The position numbers and the translations under genes are program-made. Below, in pieces: positions 27,401 to 31,574 of a DNA stretch of 64,000 nt (position 1 is the first letter of the stretch; each line of letters begins with the position of its first letter). Under the pieces are notes generated by a model. The model searched no databases and had not been told where the DNA came from. It saw only the letters and a list, made by a program, of their open reading frames with translations. The DNA is taken from assembly GCA_043812655.1 (NCBI GenBank), contig JBDRLW010000009.1, forward strand, positions 120 through 64,119, written 5' to 3'. The DNA is from a bacterium (lineage in GTDB: Bacteria; Margulisbacteria; WOR-1; O2-12-FULL-45-9; XYB2-FULL-48-7).

Positions 27401-27706
27401 ATTTTTTTTACTTACTGCCTCTGGGTTATTATATGTTCGATCACCAAATTCCCAACCCTCTTTTTCGATATTGAGAAATTGATTGGAAAACTCATATCTA
27501 TAAACATATCCATTAAGACCTGCTTCTTTTGTTAAATAATCATACACCTTATCAAAGCACTTATGGTCATCGCCAATACCATGAACAAGTATTATTAAAT
27601 GATTTTTTGCATAGGCAATATCATTATTATCAATCGCACCGCAGGCAATTGAAGCCGAATAAATCAAAACCAGTATTAAAAATACAGAAAATCGAAAACC
27701 CTTCAT
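12494..27706 (-). CDS. giant secreted multidomain surface protein (5,070 aa)
   Basis: Uninterrupted 15,213-nt ORF with an N-terminal signal peptide, an alpha/beta-hydrolase head, many Ig/FlgD-Ig-like modules, FG-GAP repeats and a C-terminal sorting-type domain. Its ATG overlaps the stop of the upstream gene (ATGA). Confidence 0.85.
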   Translation of the reverse strand: MKGFRFSVFLILVLIYSASIACGAIDNNDIAYAKNHLIILVHGIGDDHKCFDKVYDYLTKEAGLNGYVYRYEFSNQFLNIEKEGWEFGDRTYNNPEAVSKKNDDIGDNGNQRKPWEITKRLDNGQNGTGNSWLEQAKEDFKIWFHDYGPGSLSKPKRFPIDSTGPDNEIPKKFIVLGHSMGGLAVMSYMYGKDQRGNRYYQDDIEKFITIDTPHTGAGGASYARNTQEIHFYEGVVFLGGIGLSVYYAMNGNDELSKYFAVVGAYSLVSSSVNAGVRAFMNRYKSPALMDLLPDSDFIRNLNSADFGSYTPVKQRLIAGRGVPVPWRLNQAGTFLVGLNPISLMMASIANVFANPELDNFEGRFMGSYFTMLTGYPFFGDGDLVGERSSQLGEGIANLANAKRFTYTMRSPQLGALEHIIPAGLDIAFQFLPAPVRAVTYIGIAVAAVANFATVDQEDGALGFMFAHITMKDKIVLDGDPSLLEQALFDKPDVGSSTTSSVKPQALVLLTNQTKEADGKITTLSTTHTVEVKGYTFAGKDPTALPVVIDGKNQQITAITVKEAPTKIEGVLRDFMPKKMQYFQYSENFAAWKNITNIDEWGHFSVDGLKLAEGQNVLAFRGKNKVGYTSNQLLKIILNTIPFVASNLKPLPGTYTKNNKPAFSGDFGLATYSEDAINGLEITTAKMINGTEEVDVTSDVKATISGGDYDKHLHFEYTPKETLPDGEYSLVVTANSNVGVSQAVINVIIDTQAPTLAIQPLQPYSPRAPAIIKYTSSDEASPNLASVRCELYKTTDQRPQTEDQLVTTIATTDSISKGENFFNWSGEEGTGVRVVDGNYIIKITASDLAGNSVTSQTQITIDATPPTVLGVDVSPNPMTSNTTELGLTAKVNEKSTVIIKLNNLTTNSTTAYLAQSLPAPNGSTSSPSQPPRALSRDFELPTPNYLASYTWKYNDMFTKGPEDGLHRVEVIARDDAGNESLPRTLEAVRIDRTPPSIFGQITNPYVLSNIGNNSYKTNLSYSLTDAKSVKIKIYNSNTGQLVETIPSAPASNTAANNVAWNGSDQPKGAYRFQIIAEDDYGNVGIAYASCVKDGIAPVISYPLDDNTEVAGTISIRGTAIDPDWTNDKPFKDYRVYYRKGTSSTPLPLGEGTGVRVDGWQSDFIEVPQTNRDPQGPKNISIRPLQNNSTLAYLYTNNLANGDYTIKVEVNEENGETLSATRTVKVNNDSFTTSSLQNPYVKLNPVLSSVEFKGDDSVKLPLGFINSIKPANIYIEIIKPSRPSPRSGEGGPRASEASRVVDEAVVFSKYFPNIAGAPFIGKPDYKPGADLGYFIWSDDAGYHLRWSSNGSNHKFTGSIIAIGGELKNINAVNCSPSTTNALISWDKTMAGGESGIDFKISSGQIMITPKIDEDPTSPSITADNVYLGISKYSQTYLPIIIDAASQKLVDVTSMGKTSPTPNSELNTPNSLEWNGQYDTGAYVDNGTYIVRVRAEGADGVGMATDEAIVQVKTPFELSNLKVEPLDRKFSALGGIDRVSVFYNVSKDSIVTATVQKQNGDYVATLLNGTEVLGTTNPNNQLTFAWKGNYPDPDSGLVVPGGTYKIKLNVAAKDGSASETKEIDNITLAEFKNDAKIVSLSPIGENGIAQGDSPYYFEAKGLGWYHPPKDFSYTLTATGKQLITAYPFVPFAGLMHRGFKQVDINVEVLATVYYTKYNYVFLQGWKGEGQRTTKQHVQTFSLTSNIPSIEVKQIYDVLQFHDAALRGVGEPDGHVDKIDLTLVFRPAGDLTWVLDVVTIEANPAVSSILGKVNYPITALINGVFQVSTTTDDPAVASSYLGASQIATLSSSVPKYLVGTPEISEKGIFKVTPTWGTDGRSFGRSPYFTLTYQLEAPIAYSRLTNRFVPWFGFISAKTPESERTKDFSMYLTDINKGLGFPGKLFFTDPTAKPSAPYKDLKTDLQGKKNWGDLVAALNSEAQKSNLIGYKDSLASSVGYDSYLSGEYFEFIPITKPESGDFTETSSSTIKINTNLTYASGGNPPSPFEFSWPLTDQNKYDDIWKAKKAELLANPQKYTGTSPAGTWWELDADEVRARLADANNSRTGTGQVRFDKGVGKSIWSASQSFGQFLKVPNYVSDVNYQVASNTPGIKINPASGDKNTAYGAEDLDTIGVAWTTGDDNTLQPLAGKINSMALDFNENEFLGKREIKIANSYKVSPDYQSASALKYAFLKYDPFKNDGVTPIDNPNVVIDSWEINIKDKTGGDNRDLALVKINKNSRRLDDTFTLKLKLDASESRYVEIEGSASEPYELSYFDGKTWQAIERSDTGKNGRLAWWNVSRLNGQYTVLLRSGSFISTQDISIGTLVRDATGGQVYSTYKRAELSFPKGAFGQDKLVTITPVTMSEIFIRNRPIIMTSGPIVEIKPSPWKFTVSPSTSLGASTLEGVDQRPTLRFVYTFDDLADPKLGLWDMNKPLPNPGTNLGLPMNIHQVTAGGDLQIVSGNKQEVEINNGEHQYAFYAPLDHFSTYALLPGKFSLSAPMVFADNYITNKDKVTIYGTAEPGSVLSLYVKTENLPPDPAKEEPYFARLTAEAAAGNFKFENVNLLQEGNNYIFVSSHLEKDKNIRTISDVTIVKDTIAPSVEASQNLFAFSPNGDGKYDSVEYGVRSSEKGKIYFNIRPSPRSGEGGPRASEASRVVDEVISAEANKEVELSWIKDGFNLYRRDTLTGDWSLVTSKSLNEHLADGAYSTTVYAIDEAGNISNNVISQTVVDTTPPTIIGFNADPNPFTPNDDGVKDTTKIWYKFSEPAYVTTIVTKDDGRETRREFRSHEGPTEGFYYPTDKSSLRPFVSSSLGSWTWDGRGSRNELIGGAYSVEATVVDNVGNVSRFTLHDPLVVDREPTLVPYAYAEPDPFAPVNPNNSFTEIKYYLARDNVKVSAAIIGEGGKAIKILVNEEVQTKGEHALRWYGDFNSEYTGSTAVGNKYRVFDGSYEFQIKAIDPDGTNPATVTNTVLVDNVPPVITTKPLVVDYVKKQAKLLYQLPENSSVEVSVFDLAGNLISTLVTAEAQNAGEYTIVYEEPRISFSGSSYFKIVATDRAFNLSEVTTETFSVVPNQFQVSSNAAPNPFTPNADSLSDQTRISYNLAGGVGPYKVSLTILNAAGATVKRLVDNEQQTAGSYSFYWDGKDDGRKTIDDGRYECVISIQDMLETIHESRLTIHAISTRPTVDISTDIPIFSPNGDGAKDKVIFNYSINYPTFYITGEALVKIEVINSSAEAVWSKIFNNSAGNYVYEYNGLNSYDLPASPAGGPLNPGSYYVKISAQDALGTTAIPKIIPLEVDYSQPEPTDFSINTAYAKLDAEMRVKLNFPEPLAETPTVEVTMSDGTLKTAGLITAEGNNYEYSYIVLTEDAEGPAAVSVKARDLAFNPVLKTKIVTIDKTNPVVSNLSVAPNPAAVPAVNGQASIKFNVSEPLKEAPKVYVTQNGASPQLIPVTGLWSSVSGLCEAKYDVVPGYDGLAQVSIEVADLALNPALFTTSFEVDTVKPVFNNIKSEIGDNPEFTKFAKEGAEVLITFDSSEQLKFNPSVKVNEETAMFSRRFTGQTTEAYEYKYVIKNTDANGNANITISGFDFALNEGTVETSTSSESFVIDLVNPTIAIAEPQIVGAYISNPQSFSTNANPDGTDKPRSTTFYYNLAEKSKVTVKVYKVPDNQATYTKTDFNNDNLIKVLINDVWQEGNQTVAWDGKIDNNLATYDDNNDSYAMPGKYAFIVEGRDRANNLTLKKWGGTVWIQDNILTLREPEQFEYDAAHVNPGGNNPDPHYISPNGNSLDPAQKQAKYYFMIDLASNPTITKPAEKIEAQAVAGDTKKVGKYSIKVYSDSAMANLIRTVVANADAQSGTLTWEFWDGKNDAGQFVTDGTYYMVVDVKDFAGNSAVNNILKRTVVVDNEKPVISNLSAAPYYFSPGNTNSSIKTTTLTYEVADNGNSCEVTVAVYKGANLTKTLFGGWENNGTYLQVWDGTGDSVVDGPYTFKLSSTDQAGNIADIQTKEVVVDMTGPLVVLGGQAEEVWYSADNNITVSLSDNYSYQGFKWSWDDPPSTDPAGCNTSATGTTTHSSQGPRTLYVNAWDSAGNLTQTSKIYKRDYTPPTATFSGQAADAWYISDNQITISLSDTGGSDYRGFKWSWDNWPTNDPAGCNTATSASTTHASTGPRTLFVRVWDNAGNQTTYSKTYCRDPIRPSVYTPSTTTPTTNRRPTWSWAPSSDSLSGIDGYYIQIGTTSGGGNIVSETWVGNVNAWTTNRDLSSGTYYASIKAKDVAGNIGNWGSSGSVLIDLDSPVISSVSVSPNAISPGNADGNYDSITFSASANESSTFSVYVDGGLKYTSSPSINLSWTWSPGANISEGSHNYYIVAVDAVGNSSTSSTYSFTVDNTPPTINDIAFSRNIAFPDGINNSTTINCNVSGATRIDLEIRDAGGNVVRSFPNVGAEVNWDLKNNSGSFVPVGRYSALATVNDALLNVATLTATKKVRVKSRDEAIMIDDNSGANEYVRVIKVAKDGKSFNSASYWNTSVDWMLFTTLVDYQGNEKPMFVALRNQANDDVVIYDPRNRTASPLYSFDVPEDARLTGGDFNGDGVEELAVVNPANSWVYIYSLPSGTLVKSFKGYGNEIAAGDLDGDGMDELAMTIQNSLAVYLFKPSSIADGSAGNNSYRNWNTPRNVKTITCGDFNGDGIDEIALDGPIATIYVGWVNYVYTYNNSGTLINSFSFQDPSNEFFCITAGDFTGDGKAEIALMSGGAGEWMGIFKPMTGERLAFHWLDGSGCWRPSGGDVDGVYDFTTAYAVTRSPITHSITFEAPTLVAPTDKTDNVQSVRPTFEWKHKKGNATEYRIDVAKNDTFSIANQSFTKSPNSGSQDKADSTLYYYNYSIHEFDPGLDRDTYYWKVTALSTNEAATSETWSFTVKPDLTLSDVTNYPNPFNPNKEKTKIRYRLSTDASDVRIRIYDITGSLVNEIDGTTNGEGSSIWNKYNDVEWDGKNGRGDMVMNGIYPFEVTARIGDRSVGGRGKVAVLK
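12497..12811 (-). other. C-terminal FlgD-Ig / T9SS-type-A-like sorting domain of the giant protein
   Basis: LSDVTNYPNPFNPNKEKTKIRYRL...VRIRIYDITGSLVNEI...VEWDGKNGRGDMVMNGIYPFEVTA...GKVAVLK-stop. Confidence 0.6.
13200..13900 (-). other. FG-GAP/VCBS-type repeat region of the giant protein (probable beta-propeller)
   Basis: GGDFNGDGVEELAVV, AGDLDGDGMDELAM, CGDFNGDGIDEIAL, AGDFTGDGKAEIAL and SGGDVDGVYDF. Confidence 0.7.
18052..18083. repeat. heptamer array CGTGAAT-type inside the giant CDS
   Basis: cgtgaatcgtgagtcgtgattcgtgaatcgtt. It shares the 19-mer cgtgaatcgtgagtcgtga with 11231-11249 and is translated as ...SRLTIHAIS. Confidence 0.85.
19612..19678. repeat. 67-nt hairpin-containing repeat, copy A (in frame in the giant CDS)
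   Basis: cctcatccaccactcgactcgcttcgctcgctcgtggtcccccttctccacttcgtggagaaggtcg. It contains a 10-bp perfect stem, ccttctccac/gtggagaagg, and encodes RPSPRSGEGGPRASEASRVVDE. Confidence 0.9.
23803..23869. repeat. 67-nt hairpin-containing repeat, copy B (in frame in the giant CDS)
   Basis: Same unit with 3 substitutions; it encodes the same 22-aa peptide. Confidence 0.9.
26807..27604 (-). other. alpha/beta-hydrolase (lipase/esterase-like) domain of the giant protein
   Basis: HLIILVHGIGDD at aa 36-47 and the nucleophile elbow GHSMGG at aa 177-182 (nt 27161-27178). Confidence 0.7.
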
Positions 27707-28560
27707 TTCAGTTGTTTTATATTGCTCCCATCTATATTAATTAGCCATACGCCATTACTTCTGAATTGACCATAAACTATTTTATTTGCTCCAGGATTGA
27801 TTTTAGGTAAATATCCTCTAAAATTCGATATTTTAGCGTGAAACTGAGGAGTTGCTACATTCACGTCAATATATCCATATTCATTTCCAGCGCTCCCATA
27901 AATTTCATTTGTTGCGATTGAAGAAACGGTCGCACTACTTATGCTCTGGTCTCCCAAGTTGGTTCTTCCTGTTCCATCAATATTTATAATAGCCGTTGGA
28001 GTATACAAACCATCTAAATATTCAAAAACAATTTTAGTCCCATACTTCCATGTAACAGCCTCTCCACTTGTTGCAATATTCAAATTTCCTGTGCCATCAA
28101 TATTTATCACATTAATTCCGCCGCGGTTTTTCAAATACACTAACCTTGCCTCATCCGGTCCCCAATCAAGAGAACTAATACTTTCAGTCGTTGGAGAAAA
28201 CTCATAAACCTTAGAATTATCAGCTCTTTTATAAATTGAAATAGTTTCATCACTGATTAAAGCAGCATAAGTTCCTTTGGGCGAAAAATATGGATAGCTG
28301 CTATATGGCAGAATGGCTTCATTGTCCCCATCAGTATCCATGGTCACATAAGAATAATCTGTTCCAAGGGTTATTGTTCCCATCGGTTCCTTACGATAAT
28401 GGGTGACAGCCTTCTGACAGTAAATTAATCCCTCCGGCGTCCAATTTGGATATTCGTAGCTTGTTTCATCATAGTAACTTGTTCCACACCCCCCCATCAT
28501 CATCATTGTTAACCCCAACACCATCAGGCCTAGGATCGGAAGAAACTGCTTCGTTTTCAT
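27703..28560 (-). CDS. lipoprotein with TolB-like (PD40/WD40-like) beta-propeller repeats
   Basis: Signal peptide plus lipobox MMMMGGC. Repeated SP(K/D)G...INIDGTG / INIDGSN motifs are present. ATGA overlaps occur at both ends (28557-28560 and 27703-27706). Confidence 0.6.
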   Translation of the reverse strand: MKTKQFLPILGLMVLGLTMMMMGGCGTSYYDETSYEYPNWTPEGLIYCQKAVTHYRKEPMGTITLGTDYSYVTMDTDGDNEAILPYSSYPYFSPKGTYAALISDETISIYKRADNSKVYEFSPTTESISSLDWGPDEARLVYLKNRGGINVINIDGTGNLNIATSGEAVTWKYGTKIVFEYLDGLYTPTAIINIDGTGRTNLGDQSISSATVSSIATNEIYGSAGNEYGYIDVNVATPQFHAKISNFRGYLPKINPGANKIVYGQFRSNGVWLINIDGSNIKQLK

Positions 28561-29039
28561 CTTAAACTCCTTTCTTTTTTAATGTTACCTGAAGTTACAT
28601 GAGGTTGCGAGATGTTGCGGGAGGTTGATTTGATGCTCCCCCTTGGATTTTTCCAGGTTCCATCACGTTCCATCTTACTAAGAGAAACTACATATCTTCC
28701 TGCCATATAATCAGCGCTCTGAAATAATACCGCTAGCTTTTCAAACTCTTCCTTTGTTATTAAACCATCTTCCAAGCAGTCCTCAATATCACCTCCTAAT
28801 TCTTCGAGCGAACCCAAACTTATGTTGATACTGTGTCTAAATTCGCCAGCAGACCCCTTTTTATACCCCTCTCTAATGTTTTGTTTGGCCGATCTTGCGG
28901 CATCCCTCATCTGTGAGACAAGCCTTAAATGCGTTTTCTTGAACCGCTCTGAGCAGTTATAAACCAATCGTCGAATTTCACAAATATTTTGGTAAAACTT
29001 CAATTTCTCGTACGCCGCTTCCTTTTTCAGTAACTTCAT
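28557..29039 (-). CDS. four-helix-bundle protein (23S rRNA IVS / Avd family), second copy
   Basis: YEKLKFYQNICEIRRLVY...LVSQMRDAARSAKQNIREGYKKGSAGEFRHSINISLGSLEELGGDIEDC. The start codon region and the last ~35 codons are built from flanking word repeats. Confidence 0.75.
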   Translation of the reverse strand: MKLLKKEAAYEKLKFYQNICEIRRLVYNCSERFKKTHLRLVSQMRDAARSAKQNIREGYKKGSAGEFRHSINISLGSLEELGGDIEDCLEDGLITKEEFEKLAVLFQSADYMAGRYVVSLSKMERDGTWKNPRGSIKSTSRNISQPHVTSGNIKKERSLR

Positions 29040-29087
29040 GTAACTTCAATTAACCTAATGTAACTTTTTGTAACATGATTTGTTTTT

Positions 29088-29252
29088 TGATTTATTGAGC
29101 GGCTTTTAATTGTTGTCTTTTGTGGCAGCAACCTAATCATCACCCTGATCCCCCTTGTTAGAAAAAATGCGTCCAAACTTTGCAAAGCTATTAAGGATTT
29201 TTATGTCCCCTAGGGTATCTGAGCTTATGTTATATTTTAGCATGATTTAAGC
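29088..29252. repeat. direct repeat copy A flanking the KilA-N gene
   Basis: taatcatcaccctgatcccccttgttagaaaaaatgcgtcc...tattttagcatgatttaagc aligns with 30171-30289. The shared gattt(at)tgagcgg lead-in carries an indel. It holds a 36-codon minus-strand ORF at 29133-29243. Confidence 0.85.
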
Positions 29253-29261
29253 ATCCTGACT

Positions 29262-30077
29262 TCATCCCTTCCCTTCCAACCTTTTTACTTGTCTATTCTC
29301 TGTTAGTAGTTTCATTTGTTGAATGGCAATTTTATTAAGCTTCTTTAATCTTTCTCCTTGTGAAAGCCCCTCAGTAATAAATAATGCGTTCAGGTTTTCA
29401 AGATTTGAAAGGCATACCAGCTGCGAGACTTCAGCATGATCCCTAATGTTCCCCTTATTCCCTGGATTTTTAGCGCGCCAATCTCCGGCAGTTACGCCAA
29501 ATATAGCCATATTCAAGATGTCGGCTTCGGAGGCATATATATTATTTATCTGTGCCGTTGTCAGCTCCTTAGGTATTAGGTTTGCCTTTATAGCATCGGT
29601 ATGTATGTGGTAGTTTATTTTAGAAAGGGCGCGGGGTAAGTCCCATTCTAATTTCAAGCGATTGTTTTCATCTTCTTTTAAGCGTTGAAATTCCTTAATA
29701 AGATAGACCTTAAACTCCGCGCTAATCCACATGCCAAAATCGAAAGCAATATCCTTATGGGCATATGTCCCCCCGTATCGTCCAGCTGTCGCCTTCAATC
29801 CAATCGCGTTGGTTTTTTCAACCCACTCCTTAACGCTAATTTTATAGTTGTTCAAACCTGCCTGGCTTTTAATTATGGCGAATTCGCCGTAATTAAAATT
29901 GGGATTAAAAACACTCTCCCAAATACCAAGAAATTCAACAGTATTCCTGTTCCTAAGCCAATCAGAAATGAAAAACTCGCCGTCTTTCGCCTTTAGCATA
30001 TCGGTCAACGAAATATAGTCGTTGTTATTTTTCTTATAATAAGCGATCTCGATGCCCAAAACTTTTAATTTATCCAT
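29262..30077 (-). CDS. KilA-N domain-containing DNA-binding protein
   Basis: YISLTDMLKAKDGEFFISDWLRNRNTVEFLGIWE...GRYGGTYAHKDIAFDFGMWISAEFKVYLIKEFQRLKE is typical of the widespread KilA-N family. Confidence 0.8.
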   Translation of the reverse strand: MDKLKVLGIEIAYYKKNNNDYISLTDMLKAKDGEFFISDWLRNRNTVEFLGIWESVFNPNFNYGEFAIIKSQAGLNNYKISVKEWVEKTNAIGLKATAGRYGGTYAHKDIAFDFGMWISAEFKVYLIKEFQRLKEDENNRLKLEWDLPRALSKINYHIHTDAIKANLIPKELTTAQINNIYASEADILNMAIFGVTAGDWRAKNPGNKGNIRDHAEVSQLVCLSNLENLNALFITEGLSQGERLKKLNKIAIQQMKLLTENRQVKRLEGKG

Positions 30078-30151
30078 AATTCACTTCCTGTCCCTCACTT
30101 TAGCCAAAGATTAAACCAGCAAATACTTGAGAAGCAAAAAGAATAATAGAC

Positions 30152-30289
30152 GATTTGAGCGGTAGTAAACTAATCATCACCCTGATTCCCCTTGATAGAA
30201 AAAATATGTCCAAACATTACAAAGCTGTTAAGAATTTTGAAGTCCTCTAGGGTCTCTGAGGTTGTGTTATAATTTAGCATGATTTAAGC
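30152..30289. repeat. direct repeat copy B flanking the KilA-N gene
   Basis: Roughly 85% identity (by eye) to copy A over the 119-nt core. It holds the paralogous 36-codon ORF at 30170-30280. Confidence 0.85.
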
Positions 30290-30317
30290 CTTTTTTACCC
30301 ACTATTTTTTACTTCTT

Positions 30318-31574
30318 TCAGAACAAATACGCCAAAGAAAAAGTCTGTGTATTTCCGCCACTTATTGTCGATCCAGTCGTCAAACCAGTCGGTCCTCCCA
30401 CTCCTCCACCCTGCTCATCTTTTTCAGCTAATACCGGTACTATTTGTTTAAAAGAATAATTCAATTCCATCGTTTCATTGATCTTGAAAGTTAATCCCAT
30501 TTTAAATTGAGCATAATCGATCCTTCGATAAGGGAAAGCAAGGCTCTGATCTAACATATTAGCCATGCCAAAAAAGAAACTGTTCCAAATATTTGTTTTA
30601 CCATCGAGTGACATATTAATATAATCTAAACCACTATCTAAGGTTAATCGGTCAAAAATCATCCGTTTCAATCCTAAATGACAACCATTAACTGACATTT
30701 TTGAGTCTAAATCGACCTGTTTGTTCACATTACCAACACTGGCTAATAATTCGGGAGAATTCTCAAAAATCGTACTTCCAGATCCCTGAAGAGAAACCTC
30801 ACACCTACCCAAGTTAAAAATAACGTCATAACCTTGGTATTTGAATGCCGCGCCAACAACTCCAAAATAATTACGGCTATCACTCCCATAATAAGCGGAA
30901 TTGTTGTTTTGGTCATAAATATTAAACCCCCTGATGTCGCACTTTCGTCCAATCTTCCCTAGAAAAACGACCTTATCGTTAATGCTTCGGTTGTTTTCAA
31001 TTTCAAATTTTTCTCCGTGGCCATAAAGATCATCATTATAATTGGAATACTTTATTGCCAGATGTTTGTCGGGTCTTACATCCATGAAATAATGATAACC
31101 AAGATTTTTACCTCTTTCTAAAACCGCATTTTGATCCTGGGTAACACCCATGCCGACAGCAAAGTAATTAGATAATTGGGTATTATAAGAAAGATTCAAG
31201 CTATTATTCTTCCCACTGAAATTAAAATTCTTTCCGTCTTTATTTAAGCTAATAGTAGAAGTCCCCTTTAAACTTGATATTTCCAAGGCGCTTTTACCAA
31301 TAAAACCACCATTTTCAATAGGTAAACAAACATTTACACTGGAAGACGCATCGTTTAAATTTATTGCCTCACTCTTAACAATATTATTCTGTTCAAAGGA
31401 ACAGTTCGCTTTAGCACTTTTGTTTTGATCTATATAATTGACATCGGAGCTTATGGTCCCATCCCAGACAAATAGATCCTCCAGGACTGCCTTCAGGATG
31501 GTCGTCCCGAAGGCAGCCGGAGTAATTACTAGAACAAACAGTAAAACAAATGCTAGTCTAGTACGTGTAAACAC
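30318..31574 (-). CDS. outer-membrane beta-barrel protein (unknown family)
   Basis: Signal peptide ...TPAAFG, Asn/Ser-rich alternating strands and a C-terminal ...FSLAYLF (terminal Phe, typical OMP signature). GTG start directly after the upstream stop. Confidence 0.55.
   Translation of the reverse strand: MFTRTRLAFVLLFVLVITPAAFGTTILKAVLEDLFVWDGTISSDVNYIDQNKSAKANCSFEQNNIVKSEAINLNDASSSVNVCLPIENGGFIGKSALEISSLKGTSTISLNKDGKNFNFSGKNNSLNLSYNTQLSNYFAVGMGVTQDQNAVLERGKNLGYHYFMDVRPDKHLAIKYSNYNDDLYGHGEKFEIENNRSINDKVVFLGKIGRKCDIRGFNIYDQNNNSAYYGSDSRNYFGVVGAAFKYQGYDVIFNLGRCEVSLQGSGSTIFENSPELLASVGNVNKQVDLDSKMSVNGCHLGLKRMIFDRLTLDSGLDYINMSLDGKTNIWNSFFFGMANMLDQSLAFPYRRIDYAQFKMGLTFKINETMELNYSFKQIVPVLAEKDEQGGGVGGPTGLTTGSTISGGNTQTFSLAYLF

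Larger units (their letters stand above)
29088..30289 (-). mobile_element. possible inserted cassette (direct repeat - KilA-N - direct repeat)
   Basis: The flanking direct repeats are spaced 1,037 bp apart. The region has lower GC and is GATC-poor. No recombinase is present, so mobility is only an inference. Confidence 0.3.

Noticed and set aside
13001-27744. Numerous 60-135-aa ORFs on either strand within the giant gene span
   Set aside because: All are embedded in a 15.2-kb ORF with coherent domain grammar. None has start context or motifs, so they are typical overlapping-frame noise.
11913-29039. A diversity-generating retroelement acting on the giant protein (4HB proteins are Avd homologues)
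   Set aside because: No reverse transcriptase ORF is present, and I found no template/variable repeat pair with adenine-specific mismatches. The 67-nt pair differs at only 3 positions, and not in an A-to-N pattern.
28557-30289. A prophage or integrative element around the KilA-N gene
   Set aside because: There are no integrase, structural or replication genes. There is only a single KilA-N gene with flanking direct repeats, so it is recorded only as a low-confidence cassette.
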